DNA of 64,000 nt from the NCBI RefSeq assembly GCF_009914755.1, contig NC_060935.1. One strand, 5' to 3'. The translations under genes and the position numbers were made by a program. Under the pieces are notes generated by a model, which was not told where the DNA came from, searched no databases, and was given only the letters and a program-made list of their open reading frames with translations. Origin of the DNA: the human T2T-CHM13v2.0 reference genome, Homo sapiens. Every line of letters begins with the position of its first letter. Position 1 is the stretch's first letter. Of this stretch, positions 36,525 to 51,536 are shown piece by piece.

Positions 36525-38795
36525 AGTTTATCTATTTTTTTGTTATTGTTGCTCAAGCTTTTGGTATTCTAAGAATCCATTGCCAAATTCGAGATCATGG
36601 AGATTTACTCCTGTGCTTTATTCTAAGAGTTTTATTTAGCTCCTATATTTAGGTCATAGATTCTTTTTGAGTTAATTTTCATATATAGTGTGAGGTAGGG
36701 ATTCAGTGTCATTCTAGTGTATGTGGACATCCACTTGTCCTTGGCACTATTTGTTGAAGAGACTGTCTATTCTCCAGTGTATTGCCATTGCTCCTTTGTC
36801 ATATATCAGTTGACATATATATGCGGCTCTATTTCTGGGCTTTCAATTCTGTGCCAATAATCTATTTGTCTGTACTTTCACAAATACCACACCATTTTAT
36901 TACTGTATCTTTATAGTAACTCTTAAAGTTGGGTAGTGTCAGGTTTTCCAACATTGTTCTTCTCTTTCAATTTTTGATTGGCTATTCTGGGTGTTTTGCT
37001 TCTCCAAATAAACCTTAGAATCAGTTTGTTGATATCCATAAAACAACTTGCAGGATTTTGATTGGGGTCGTCTTGAATCTGTATATCAAGTTGGGAAGAA
37101 CTGACATCTTGACATTATTGAGTCTTCCTATTTTTGAACACTGATCAGTGTTTTCATTTATTTACTTCTTTGATTTCTTCAATATAGTTTTGTAGTTTTC
37201 CTCATACAGATCTTACACATATTTTATTAGATTTATTCTCAAGTATTTTATTTCTTTAGGTGTTAATAGAAATGGTTTTATGTTTTTAAATTTCAAATTC
37301 CACTTGCTCCTTGCTGGTAGATAGGAAAGCAATGACTTTTCTATATTAACTTCCTATCCTACAACCTTAGTATAATTGCTTATTTGTTCCAGGATTTTTT
37401 TTTTGTAATTTCTTTCAGGTTTTCTACATAAATGATCATATCTTCTGCAAAAAAAGACAGTTTTACTTCTTCCTTCTCAATCTGTATGCCTTTTCTTTTC
37501 TTGTCTTATTGCAGTAGCTAGGACTTCCAGTATAATGTGGGAGAAGGGACATCCTTGCCTTATTCCTGATCTTAGCAGGACAGCCTCAAATTTCTCATAA
37601 TTGAGTATGATATTAACTATCGGTGTTCTGTAGATGCTCTTTATCAACTTGAGGAAGATCCCCTTAATTCCTAGTTTGCTGAGAGTTTTTATCATGAATA
37701 GATATTGGATTTTGTCAAATGCTTTTTCTGCATTTATTGATATGATCCTGCAATTTTTCTTCATTAGATTGTTGATATGATGGATTATACTATTTGATTT
37801 TTTTTTTTTTTTTTTTTGAAACAGAGTCTCACTCTGTTGCCCAGGCTGGAGTGCAGTGGTGCGATTTCTGGTCACTGCAACCTCCGCCTTTCAGGTTAAG
37901 AAATTCTCTGCCTCAGCCTCCCGAATAGCTGAGATTACAGGCGCATGCTACCATGCCCAGCTAATTTTTTTGTATTTTTAGTAGAGATGAGGTTTCACCA
38001 TTTTGGCCAGGCTAGTCTTGAACTCCTGACCTCGTGATCCACCTGCCTCGGCCTCCCAAAGTGCTGGGATTGCAGGCGTGAGCCACTGCACCTGGCCTAT
38101 TATTTGATTTGTTAATATTGAACCAGTCTTGTGTACCTGGAATAAATCTCACCTGATCATGGTATCTAAGTCCTTTAATACATTCTTGAGTTTAATTTGT
38201 TAATATTTGTTGAGGATTTTTGCATTTACATTCATGAGAGATATTGGTCTGTAGTTTTCTTTTCTTGTAATGATTTTTTCTGGTTTAGGTATCAGCATAA
38301 TGATGGCCTCACAGAATGAGTTAGGAAGTATTCTCTCCACTTCTATATTCTGGAAGAGATTATTGAGAATTGGTATAATTTCTCCCATAAGTGTTTGGTA
38401 GACTTCACCAGTGAACTCACCTGGGCCTGATGCTTTCTTTTTTGCAAGGTTTATTGATTAGATTTCTTTAATATTAAGATTGTCAATTTCTTTTTTGTGT
38501 GTGAGCTTTGGCAGATTGTGTCTTTCTAGGAATTGGTACATTTTATCTAAGTTATCAAATTTGTAGGCATAAAGTTGTGCACATTTGTGGGCATAGAGTT
38601 GTGTATTTCTTTTATCCTTTCATGTCTATGGGACATTCCCATGTCCATGGGAACTGTAGTGATATCCCCTTTTTCATTTCTGATATTAGTAATTGGTGTC
38701 TTTTCTGGTTTTTCTTAGTTAACCTAGCCAGAGTTCTATTGATTTTATAGATCTTTTCAAAGAACCAGCATTTGGATTTGTTGAATTGATTTCCT
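36525..38795 (-). mobile_element. old L1M ORF2 fragment (RT region), split by an Alu
   Basis: Minus-strand translations [42 protein letters not shown] and SKCWFFEKI are L1 ORF2 motifs; many stops and frameshifts. Confidence 0.93.
37801..38097 (-). mobile_element. AluS (Sg-like)
   Basis: gaactcctgacctcgtgatcc; TSD tactatttgattt / tattatttgattt. Confidence 0.94.
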
Positions 38796-38961
38796 GTTTT
38801 CTGAAGGCTATGTTTTAATCGTGGCTCTATCACTAAGTATCTGAGGCTTAGGGGTAAATCTCGTTGATTCTGCATCTCAATTTTTACATCTGCGGAATGG
38901 GTGTGGCGATAACAATGCCTAGCCCTGAGTTGGCTTGAGGGCAAAGGTCAAATGTGACTAC

Positions 38962-40065
38962 ACATTCATTTATTCAGCAAATATTTGTTGGGCCCCTACC
39001 ATGTACCTGGCACTGCTCTACATGCTGGGAATATCGTTTTGAATGAAATAGCAGAGTCTCTGCCCTTATGGAGCTTGCCTTCTGGTTGAGGGAAACAGAA
39101 ACCAAACAAATACATTGAATATCAGGTGCTATTAGGTGCTATGAAGTTCAATAATGACAGGAAGGGGCAGGGAATGACTCGGGTGGTGGGTTGGGGGAGG
39201 ATTGCTATTATGGATAGGAGGTACAGGGAAGGCCTTCCTAATCAGATGTAATTTGAGCAGAGACCTAAAGGCAATGAGGAACAAGCCTTGACATAATCTC
39301 GGGGAAGAGGCTTCCTGTTTGAGGGAACAGCAAGGGTAAGGCACATTAGGCTGGCTGGCATGTTGGAGGATCAGTGAGGATGCTGGGGTGCTACACCCAG
39401 GGTAGTGTGGATGGAGAGGAGGCCAGGAGTGAATTGGAGGCCCAGCCTGCACAGTGCTGCTAGCTAGGGTGAAGACTTTGGATTTTGAATCTAAAGACTC
39501 TAAGTTTGGCAGGAAGCCAGTAAGCAAGAAAGAGACAAGATGAAATTTATATTTTACTAAGATCACTCTGGCTGCTGGGTGGAGGGCAGTCTGCAGCGGG
39601 CAGGGAGACCAGTACAAACACTGATGTTGGAATCCATGGGAGAGGCAAGGTGGCTTGGAAGGTGGAATGTGGTGGAGGTGCTGAGAAGCCACAACATTCA
39701 GGATCTATTTTGAGAGCAAAGTTGATAGGACTCGCTGATAGGATGGGGATGAGAGAAAGAGGAGTCAAGGCCAACCACAGCTTCTGGCCCAAGATGGAAG
39801 AGCCTAGGGTGGGTTCTGGCAGAGAGTGGAGGGAGGGCATATTGAGTTCTTCTCAGGCATTTTAAGTTGAGATGCTTATTAGCCACTAAAGTGGAGGTGG
39901 AGAGGAGTGGATGGAGATATGCACCTGGGGTTCAGGGGTGAGGGTGGGGCTGGTCTCCAAATTTGAGAGCCATCAGCTTATAGAGAGTATTTCAAACCTT
40001 TGACCATAATGAGATCACTCAGGTAGTGAGTGAAGATGCAAAAGATGACAGAGGACTGAGCCACT
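38962..40065 (-). mobile_element. L2a fragment
   Basis: cattcatttattcagcaaatatttgttg...atttgagcagagaccta...aagatcactctggctgct...tttaagttgagatgctt...gaggactgagcc. Confidence 0.88.
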
Positions 40066-40427
40066 GTCAAGGGCAGTCATGTGTTATTTGAGAAAATTCT
40101 GGTCCCAGGGAAGGGCGGATATGCTGAACAGAAGTGTGCACCTTAGGCAGGGGCAAAGGTGAGAGGCTTGAGGATGAGTGGAGAAATGAAGCTCTATGCC
40201 TTGCTGCAAGGTCTGGCTGGATCTTCTAATGTCTCTGTCAGATCATTCATTCATTCATTCATATGAACAAAAACACTTATCAAGTGTCAACTGTGCTGGA
40301 AGCACAGAGCTATTTACCTGTGGGCCCCAGATGTAAATGACATGTAGTGCCTGAGCTGGAGGAGGCCACCATTCAGCTGTTGATGCCTGACATAAAATGT
40401 GACAGGAGCAGCAGATGCATTCCTAGG

Positions 40428-41147
40428 TGTGTTAATCAGCTTTTCCAGAGAAACAACTGGTAGAATATACAGTCAGCTGGATATACAGATAGGATATCAG
40501 GATATATATCTGATAGGATATACAACCCTCTGTATCCATGGATTCTGTATCTGTGGATTCAACCAACTGTGAACCAAAAATATTCTAGAAAAAAATGCAA
40601 AATAATACAAAAACTTCCCAATACAGTGTATTAGCTATCATGAGTAAACTAGAGATGATTTAATGTGTACAGGAGGATGTGCATAGGTTATAAGCAAATA
40701 CTATTCCATTTTATATCAGGGACTTGAGCATTAATACATTTTGATACCAAAGACGGTCCTAGAAGCAAGGGATGGATACCTCCGTGGATTCTAAGAGATG
40801 ACTGTTTATATAAAGAGATTTATTATGAAGAATTGGCTCATGTGAGTATAGAGGCCGAGAAATCCTGAGATCAGCACTTTAAGTTTGTGACTCAGGAGAG
40901 TTGATGGTGTAAGTTCCAGTCCAAGGGCAGGAGAAGCCCAGTGTTCCAGCTCAAGAAGTCAGACTGGTGAAGTTTCCTCTTACTCAGCCTTTTGGTCTAT
41001 TTAGGTCTCCAGTTGATTGGATGAGATCCAGCTACATTGGGGAGGGCCATTTGCTTTACTCAATCTACCTGTTTAAATGTCAATTTCATCCAGAAACAGC
41101 CTGGAAGACACTCCCAGAATAATGTTTGACCCAAATTATCCATCACT
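40428..41147 (-). mobile_element. MLT2-family (ERVL) solo LTR
   Basis: tgtgttaatcag..ccagagaaaca..gagatttattatgaagaattggctca..gattggatgag..cccagaataatgtttgacc; perfect TSD ctagg at 40423-40427 and 41148-41152. Confidence 0.88.
40470..40804 (-). mobile_element. MER2 (TcMar-Tigger MITE) nested in the MLT2 LTR
   Basis: Termini cagtc...gactg; gtggattcaaccaac; ctagagatgattta..ggaggatgtgcataggttat..cattttatatcagggacttgagcat. Confidence 0.88.
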
Positions 41148-41416
41148 CTAGGATATATGACACCTAGAGCACATGATTTTTGTATACTTGCTTCCTCTAT
41201 ACAACAAAATTATTTTCAATAATAATGATGAAATAAAATCAATTAGAATAATGGCCAGAAAAGAAACAGACTGAAATTTTTGTGAACTTTGTATGTATAA
41301 CCATGCCAGTAAACAACCGTTATGACATGAAAAAGTAAAAAGGTAACGGGTCAACAGTTCTTAATTACGTTAATAGATATTTTGACAAAAGAGAAAACAA
41401 TACATGAAGAAACTTG

Positions 41417-41859
<443 letters not shown>

Positions 41860-42002
41860 GATTTTGAGTTCTTATTCTCCAAATGAACAGGTATCACAGG
41901 ATCCATACATGTTGGCTTCTGACTGAATAAGTAGGTGCTCTCTGAATTCACACCTATGCAAACACAATGTGTTTTAAAGCCTAAGTAATAAAAATATGCT
42001 CA

Positions 42003-42371
<369 letters not shown>

Positions 42372-44017
42372 TTAGAACTTAGATCACTAAAAGATTTTTT
42401 TTTTCTCAAAGCAGAGCATTTTATCACCGACATTGTTTAGAACTGTCAGCTTTTTGTGGGTTTTAGGTTTGTTTCAAAATTCCCTACAGGCAGTTCATCC
42501 CTTTGTTGCCAGCTCCCTGGAAGGACGGCTTCCACTGCCCCGCTCTTGGCATGCCCATAGCAAGATGCTTCCAAGAGGGTTGCTGTGGGGGGATGGGATG
42601 GAACGGTGGTCAGAAGGTTGGGGAGACCCTGTAGCTGAGTCCTGCAATAGGACCAGGTAGTCTCCAGGTGGAATGGATGGACACAAGACCAGCCTGGGAA
42701 CCCCTGGCGTCCTGGGAACCCTGGGTCAATAAGTATTTGGTTGCAGTTCGTAAAAGCCACCAGGGTTCTGAGCACCATTTGTGTACCCGTGCTTGGGGTT
42801 ATGGAGAGCTGGGCACTAAAAGCTTCATCTCAGAGGCAGTTTGGAGCCTGCGAGGCTGCCTCCCTCCCGGTCCTGTGCTCCTCAGTCGGACTCCCACCCT
42901 CAGCCCCTCTCTCTCCTTCCCTTTCCCTTTCAGCAGTGTAGCCCATGGAGGCAGCTGTTCTAATTAAAAATCTCATAAATACCAGGAGATAAGGATCCAG
43001 GGGTTTTGTTTTTTATTTCTGCCGAGACTCCCCAGAGAGTCTCTTCAGTAGGAAAGGTCCCTTTGGAGCTGAGATTTTTCTCCTGGACTTCAAAGACAGG
43101 GCTTCTTAGGAACAGAACATCTGTTTAAACTGAACTTGAACCAAGAGGCAGGCAGGCATGTCCCACGGGAGAAGGAGGGGGCAGAGCCCAGGGGTGTGGT
43201 ATCTGCTTTCTGTCCCTGGGGGAAGCTCCTCAGACAGGCTCATTCCTGCATCTCACAGTGTGTCCCCATGCTGGGCAGCTTCTCTTAGTAAATGCAGAGG
43301 AAGTGATGGCAGGTGGCCCACAGGCCTGGGGCCAGGCTTTGGGCTGACTGCTGTCCAGATAGCATCCAGGCTCCTGACCTCAAAACCTCTCTATTCAGGA
43401 GAGGTAGCAAGGAGACCTGGGGTGACAGAGTTGGCTCCTTCTGCCTGGAGGTCCCTGTGGTCCTCAGAAGTCACCTTGCAATTGGGGACCTCCCAGCTCT
43501 TGGCTTTTGCATGGACAGAGCCTCCTTCATCCTCCCTTCTTCCCTCCTTATTTCCCTCCCTTTCTTCTTTTTTTCTTTCCTCCATTCACTAGGCATCCAC
43601 TGGGGTTCAGAGATGAAAAACTCCCACTCCCTGAGTTCGAAGGACTCACCACCTGATAGAACAACCAGGTTGATCTCAAAAGATAAGAAAAGTTGAGCAC
43701 TTTGGTTGTGTGTGTGTGGCTGTTCTTGTTAAGACAATAAAACAATTCAGAGCTTGGAAAATGAAGGGAAAAGAAATCATTCACTTCCTCTCTTAGGACC
43801 AGAGCCTCCTTCGTTTCCTGCTTTTGTTCACACTCAGGCATGTGTTCAATAGTTGACACCAGAAAGTCCGTTCAGTTGGGCTTCCTGCTTTTTTTCCCCA
43901 TCTCTCCTGGCCTTACAGTTTGTGAGATTCCTTCCTGGGCATCACAGGGCTGGAGGGCCCCTACTGTTGGACACTCAGCTGTGTCTAGTGTCTGCTGTCA
44001 CCTGCATACCTCCTGGG

Positions 44018-44222
44018 AGGGGTCGCCAGGTACAGCAAATAAAATTAAAGGATGCCCAGCTAAATCTGGACTTCCTATAGACAATGACTCAATTTTTAGC
44101 TTAAATCTGCCCCAAGCAATATTTGTTCCATGTACTATTTAGGAAGAATCACTGAAAGATTATTTGTTGTTTATCTGAAATTCACACTTCACTGAGCATC
44201 CTGTATTTTATCTGGGAACCCC
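44018..44222. mobile_element. MER53 palindromic hAT MITE
   Basis: gggtcgccag..agcaaataaaa..ggatgcccagctaaat ... tttgttgtttatctgaaattca..catcctgtattttatctgggaaccc. Confidence 0.85.
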
Positions 44223-44482
44223 GTACCTGGAGTATCTTTTTGCACGTGTGTAGTCAATGCTGCTTTACTTAATAATAGGGAGAACTATCTGGCTAATATG
44301 TTCCTCTCCCCATTTGTTGGGAACACTCTTCCTAACTTGAATCCCTCCTGTTCCTGCCCACACTTCTGGACTGCTCTGCAGCTTAGCGTACTTGGAGGTC
44401 ACCGAATCCCTATAGGTCCTCTCCAGGCACGTTTCATTGCCAGCCTCCTTCTGGGAGCCTCCGGTGACTGCAAAGGTTTGGT

Positions 44483-44501
44483 TTGCTCCCTCTAGTGGCG
44501 G
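44483..44501 (-). promoter_or_regulatory. candidate CTCF binding site
   Basis: Minus strand CCGCCACTAGAGGGAGCAA closely matches the CTCF core CCAC/GYAGRGGGCRC, in non-repeat DNA. Confidence 0.55.
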
Positions 44502-45524
44502 GGGTGGGAGGTGTACATTTGCACTCCTCTTGGGCCTCTGGGGCTGCTTTCTCCAGCGTCCGCCAGCATCTTTGGCAGGGATGGAAACAAGGATTGTGTT
44601 CTTGCCACGCTGGAGGGAGCAAGGGCTTGAGGATGTTGCTCCAGGCTGCTAACCTATAGAGGTCGATGACATCTTTCTCTCCATCAATGAATTTATTTTT
44701 CATTCCAAGGCAGCTTTCAGGGTGATAAAAATATAAAGCTAAGTGGCAGACGATTTTTTTATAAAAGTGATTGGAGGCTGGGAAGACAGGGTGTTGCCTT
44801 GTGGTTAAATGGATTTTCTGTTTAACTGAGGGTTAAGTAGAAAACTCGTTTTGATTCAACCTCTGTTGTTGCCAATCTTTCTAAAATGTATTAGCTGCTC
44901 CCTGGTTTTCCTAAGTGCACCATAATGACCATAATTGAATCTCTCTGCTGGCAGAGGATCCTGTGGGGCGTCTGGGCACACTGTTGTAAATGTCAGTCTT
45001 CACCGAGTGGCCCAGTTATTGGGCTTTACAGCCTGCAGTGCAGGCTGGTGTGCTCTGCAGTGGCCTTCACATTCGCTGTCTTCTCATTCTATCTGCCCAG
45101 CCACCCTGGGCCGGGACTCAGGAAAGGAACTAGTAAGACCACTGTATAGATGTAGAAACTGAGGTCCACTTGGGGAAAGATTGGCCCGAGTCACATCTGG
45201 CTGGTGGAGGGGCTGGGACTGAAGCCAGCAGAGACAGCTGTGGTATTGGCCCTGATTTAAATCCTGGTTCTCACTTGCTGGCTGGGAGACCATTAAGCTT
45301 CACGAGCCTTGGTTTCTTTATCTGTGAATTGGGCACGATAACCTTTCCCTACAGAGCTACTGCTGGGGTTAAGGGTGAGGATGTGGGTGGGCTGCAGACC
45401 ACAGCCGTCATATATTTAAAGGGAAAATAGCACCTCTCCTGAAGAAGAAATCAACATACCAGTGCTGGGACCCTGTGTCCAGCTTCTTTCTGCTCTGCCG
45501 TCCTTCTTCTGAGTGTTGGTGGTT

Positions 45525-45710
45525 TTACAGTCAGAACTTGCAGCTGGAATGTCTGGGTTTGAGCCCTGTCTCTGCCCCCGACTCTCCGTGTGACTACAGT
45601 CTGGGCCTCAGTTCCCCGTCTATAAAGTGGGGATAATGATCGAAACCTGCCTCCTAGGGCTGCCATGAGGATTCCAGGGAAGGTAGCTGAGGAAGTGCTG
45701 GGTCAGGGCT
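45525..45710 (+). mobile_element. MIR SINE
   Basis: tctgggtttgagccctgtctctgcc...ctgggcctcagttccccgtctataaagtggggataat...ctgcctcctagggctgccatgaggatt. Confidence 0.8.
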
Positions 45711-48499
45711 GGCCATTGTCATCCTAGGACCTGGTTGAGTGTGTCTAGTTTCACCATGCTTCTCTAGATTTGGCTTATATTCTGAGTGTTTTAAAGGGAT
45801 TGGGTTTGGGACCCAAGCTCCCTTTTGGTGCCCCAGGAGCCTGCATGGGCAGCCTGGGGAGGAGAAAGATACCCCCTCTCACAAGCTGGCTTCCTGCACT
45901 GTCTGGCACTTTACCCCTCTCTGGGTGCTTCCCCAGGCCTGGTTCTAAAGAAAGATGTTAAGAGAGACCTGAGGGTAGCTTAGGAGCGGACCTAGATGGG
46001 AGACTTCTGCCCTGCCATGGCCCCTGAAGTAGGGTACCCTGCCTGGGGGATGCTGGCCCTCAAATAGCTTCCCTATTTGGGAACTTTTGTGCTCCCCCAT
46101 ATGTCATACATTTCTAGCATCTCAAGAGGTGTTTGTTTTTTTCCATATCAAGGGATCCATGGAGTGAAGAGACCTATGTGTGACCTCTGAACCCTTTATG
46201 GGGGATTGGGTTGGGGGTGGGGAGGACACCCTGCCAAGGTGAGGCCACCTCATCTGGCCTCTGGGCTGCTGGCTCAGCCACCTCCTGGGTCCTGCAAGCA
46301 ACTCTGCTTCAGCTCCCGGTCACCAGCACCTACTTATGCCAAGCTGCTGCCTTGTTCTCCAGCTCACCCACTTCCCAGGACCCCTCCGGAATTCTGTGGG
46401 GATGGGGAGGTTGCAGCTAAGTGAATAGTCACCCTATTATTTTAGGAGAGGAACAACAGCCTGTGTGCAAAGCCCCTGGGTAGGGCTGGTTTATTTATGC
46501 ATTTGTCTTTAATGGGAAGGCTGAGAGAAATTGCATGGTTTGTGAATATTTACAGGCAAATTACTACAGGGAGGAAATGAATTCATTCTCTCTCCTCTCC
46601 CACTGTTAATAGATCACACTGTGGTTCCCTGAAGCCTGCCTCCCACCTCCCCCCCTTTTCTTTCTTGCAACTCCTTGTAGTCTTTATGCCAGCTCCAGGA
46701 GGGTGTCCGGGTAGACGTGCCAATTTAATTTACCATGCAGTTATTGAGCGCTAACTGTATGCCAAGCCCTGGTTCAGGGACTAGGGATACCCAGGTAGGC
46801 ACCACATGTGTGGGTTCTGTCTGCGGGGCTCTGGGGCAAGCTGGCTCAGGAGAGAAGGTGCCACTTAAAGGATTTTTCCCCCCAACAGAAAGGATACCCT
46901 AGGGGGTAGAGCACAGGAGAACCCTTGGAGAGGTTGAGCAGATGGGAATTATGCTCCAGGTGGGGGGTGGGGCAGTTAGTCTTCTGGTGTGGTTAGAGCA
47001 CCCATGGGAGGAAGAAGGAGGTAGAACTAGAAATGGGGGCTGGGCTGGGTTCTTTCTAGTTCTGAGGTGGGGAAGGAAGGTGGGGAGAGGGGAGAGATTG
47101 CCCAGGATGGTGCAACTTGTGTAGCTAGCCAGAAGGAGCACACCTCTTGTTTAAGGGCCTGAGTTGGCAAATAGTAGCCTCTTATGGGGAGAGGGGAGTT
47201 TCTCCCTCATCTCCCCTTTCCTTGGGGCCAAGAGGTGTAAATGGGAGGTCTCTGGTCTGTCACTCCTCCCTCTCTTTTTCCCCGCAGACATCACCAATCA
47301 ATTGCAGCACTTTTGTTGGTTCCAGAATCCTCTGGAAAACAAGCTAGGCAGGCACTATCTATTGATTCCAGCTGGCCTTCTAGAAGGAAGGTGAAGGGCC
47401 TTCTAGTAGGTGGGTGGCTGGACCTTAGGGTAGCCCCATCAATGAATTTGCAATGGAAGAAATCTCTTTGTGTCTCAGTTTCTCTACCTGTAAAATGGGG
47501 AGAGGGATGGCTCACTTGGTCTCTGAGGACTTTCCCAGTGCTAGCCAGCCAGCATTTGTTAATACCCGCATTTATTTAGTCTTTCCATTAAGCGTGTGTG
47601 CACTTACTCTGGCTGGTGCCAGGTGGGGCCCTGGGATACACAGGTGATCCTGGCAGCTGAGACCTGGCCTCCTGAAGCTGACAGTCCTGGCAGTCTGTGG
47701 TTCTTAGAACCTCAGGTGTTGAGGTCAGCTGACACCAAGGGCAGGGCTGTCTTGATTCTTCCAGATAGATGGCACCCAGTGCAGCCAGCTGTCCAGTGGC
47801 TGGAGGTCCTGGGGATCTCTGGGGACATTAGTCTTGGTCTCTGGGCCCACACACCGGGCATCCTCCCAGGATGGTTAGATGCCATTAGGCTCGGTCTATG
47901 CAGTAAGAGCCACAGCCAGGACCCAGGTCCTGCTGAGCCAAGTGAGGAGCTGTGGCCACTGGGGATCCTGAAAGAGCCCCAGGCCACATGTATCTGTCCT
48001 GGGAGCCTGCCCCAGGATTGACCCCCACAGCCCTTTTTGGCAAGGGAGAGGCCTCCATTGTGCTCCGTTTCCTTCTAGGTGCGCATGTTCCTCCTCAACC
48101 ATTCCTCCCCACCCACTCCATGGCTGTGTTCTCAGTTTACCCCAGGTCATGTCAAGTGAGATCAGCCCTTTACCCTCGGGATTCTGAAATAGGGCCAGGG
48201 AAAGGCCAGGTATTTCTGAACTATCTAGGCACTCCCTGGGGCCAGATGCTTTCAGATGCCAATAAAAACACTGTGTCCTTTTTGTGTTCAGTGAAGGCCC
48301 CTCCTTGACCTGCTCTGGGCAGGAGTGACTAGGAATGGTCAACTGGTTTTAGACCCTGGAGAAGGTTAATGGGATCAGTAGCGTCCTAGGCTGGGAGCCT
48401 TTGAGATTAGAGTTGTGGGTGAAATTCATCAATCTCATGGAGAAAATGGAGTATACCACCATGGCCTTGTGAAGACATGGATGGCCTTCTACTGCTAAT

Positions 48500-49130
48500 G
48501 GGTACACACACTGCTGCATGCTATGCCTTAATGCCTGCCTTCCATGCACACAACTACCCACATACCTGTGCATATTTACACACACACTGGCACACATACC
48601 TGCATACCGGTGCATATCTACATATATACCTGCACACCCCCCACATACCTGTGCACACCTATCCACATGCCTGTGCATGTCTATGTACACTCCTAAGTGC
48701 CTGCACATTCCTACCCACATCCTTGTGTCTGCCTATGCACACACATGCACACATCCCTGTGGACACCTACACACATACCTGTGTATACTTATGCACTCAT
48801 CTGCCCACATCCCTGTGCACAACTACACACATACCTGTGTATACCTATGCACATACCTACCCGCATCCCTGTCTGCCTATGCACATACCTGCACACACCT
48901 GCCTCCGCATTCCTATGCGCATCTATGCATACACCTGTACACATTTACACATGCACACACCCATTTGTGCAAACGTCTTCACACACCTCTCCTTCACCAC
49001 CCCCGAGCTCCTACGCACCCACCCACACATCCTTCCCTACACATTTTCCTTCAGATTCATTCACTTCAAATATGTCCTCCCTGCCTCTCCCCCACTGTAT
49101 GCAACACACACACACATGCACACACACGTT
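48500..49130. repeat. degenerate CA-rich tandem tract (cacatacctgtg-like units)
   Basis: Recurrent cacatacctgtg, cacatccctgtg and ctatgcaca units. Confidence 0.88.
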
Positions 49131-51166
49131 CACAAGCTGCAACCAAGCTATTAGATGAAATTGATTGTTTCTCTGCTGTGGGCCTGCAGGACTCAGGATT
49201 ATCTCTTTACTCCAGATTATCCATTTACCTGGATGCCAAGCCCAGCAGGGGCTCCAGGGAGGATGGGAAGGTTGAGACAGGGACAATCTGGGCCCAGTAC
49301 AAGTGCCCTCCGAGGCTGGGTACATTTTCTGAGTCCTGTTTCATACCTTCCTCTGCTCATTCATTCATTCATTCACCTACCATCCGTTCATTCCAACACT
49401 TACTGACAGCAGCGATCCAGACAAAAATATGGCCTTTGCCCTGACAAAGCTTCCCTTCTTCTTACAGTCCACCAACTTCATCATTTCCTTCATGGTTCTG
49501 ATATTTGTTGAGGAGAAAATGACGTCGGACTTTGATGCTTGCTTTTTGGAACCAGACTTCCAGTCCTGGAATCCAGTCTGTGTCTGGAATCCACTTGCTA
49601 GACCTTGGCTATGTCATGTCACCCCCAAGCCTCTGTCTATTTCCCCATCTGTAAAATAGGGATCATGGTTCCTCACTCCTGGGGAGGGGCTTGAGCCCTG
49701 TGAATGGTAGCTGTGAATACAGACTTGGGAACTTCTGTGTTAATCAACAAAACCTTCCTTAAAACAGGGCCCCACAACTTGCCAGCTTCCTAAGGCTAGG
49801 GTGGGGACCCTGGGAAACAGTTTTGAATTCCTGGTGAGACTTTGAGCCTATCTGTGGAGTACCTGCTTTTCAGACACGGCGGTGAGCTTATTTTTTCTGT
49901 CCCTTTAAGAGAAAGCGGTTGCGAAAGGACTGGCTTATCACAAACATTAAGGACATCTGATGCTCTAGAGGTTTCTGCAGAGGGCCGGAGGAGCAGCCAG
50001 GAACTGGTGGCTTATTCATCATGTGCCTGCAGCCTTGCTGGAGGGCCCTGGCCAGTCTCTCCCCATGTGTAGAGTAGAGATAGGAAGACTGTTGGTGAAG
50101 GCTGGGAAAATCTTGCTGATGTCAGCATATTGAGCATGGTGGGTGGCTGCCTGCCATCACCCAGTGTCCAGCATGAGGCTCTTGTTGGGAGGGAGGGAGC
50201 TCTTCCATGCAGGTCCAGAAGCCGGGGCTGCCCAGGGCCTGGGGAAACCATGAGGTGGCTAAGTGGCTGCTTTGTGTTTGTTAAAATGTTACAACAACCT
50301 TAATTGGTCATTGGAAAACTGGACTGTTACCTTCTCGATGGCTGGGACACTGTGGGACACTATTGTGTCTGTGTTGCTCTAGAGGCTGCAGGAGAAGGTG
50401 CAGTAGCAGCACATAGTAGGACACAGCACATCCTTGCTGGATGATGGATAACTGGAATCTTCCAGCAGCCTGCGCTGGGCATCTGTCTTCTCCCACAGCC
50501 CCGGGCACATTTGGTAACAACCCAGGACTCTGGAGTCTTTTAACATAGCCTGAGTACCTTCATACACACTTACCCAGCAACTTTTTTCCTTTTCCCCCTA
50601 AAGAGCTACAGACTTTACTGAGGTTATCATTTATATACAGACATAAATTGTACAATAACATCCATTTTGACCTTGTATATGTCAGTCCCCGTAAGATAGA
50701 AATTTTCCATCAGCCCAGAAAGTTCCCTCTTAGCCCTCCCCAGTTAATCTCTGTTCCTTCCCCAGAGGCAACCACTGGTCTGCTTTCTATCACTATAGAT
50801 TAGCTTTGCCTGTTCCGGAACTTGCTATAAATGGAATCCTACAGTAGGTACTCTCCTGTCAGTCTCCCTTCACTCAGCTTACTGTTTCTAAGATTCATTT
50901 ACATTGGTGCCTGTTTTAGTAGTTTATTACTTTTTATTGCTGAGTAATAGTCCATCTTATGTATATATAGTAATTTGTGTATCCATTCACCCTTTGATGG
51001 ATGTAGTATTGTTGTCAATTTTTGGCTACTACATAATCAAGCTGCTATGGACATTTGAGTCCAAGTCTTTGTGTGAACACATGCCTTACTTTGTCTTTTG
51101 GAAGTATCCTGGAATATAGTGACTGCATCATAGGGTAGGTGTATGTATAACTTAGAAGAAACTGCC

Positions 51167-51536
<370 letters not shown>

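Noticed and set aside
37477-38944. Reverse-transcriptase-like ORFs
   Set aside because: Decayed L1 ORF2 fragments interrupted by stops and an Alu; not an active RT system.
42460-42662. Possible exon (ccctacag acceptor, ag/gtag donor)
   Set aside because: Weak donor and no recognisable protein similarity; cannot be supported without transcript data.
48477-49444. Long overlapping ORFs of 225 and 308 aa
   Set aside because: Artefact of a stop-poor CA-rich tandem tract.
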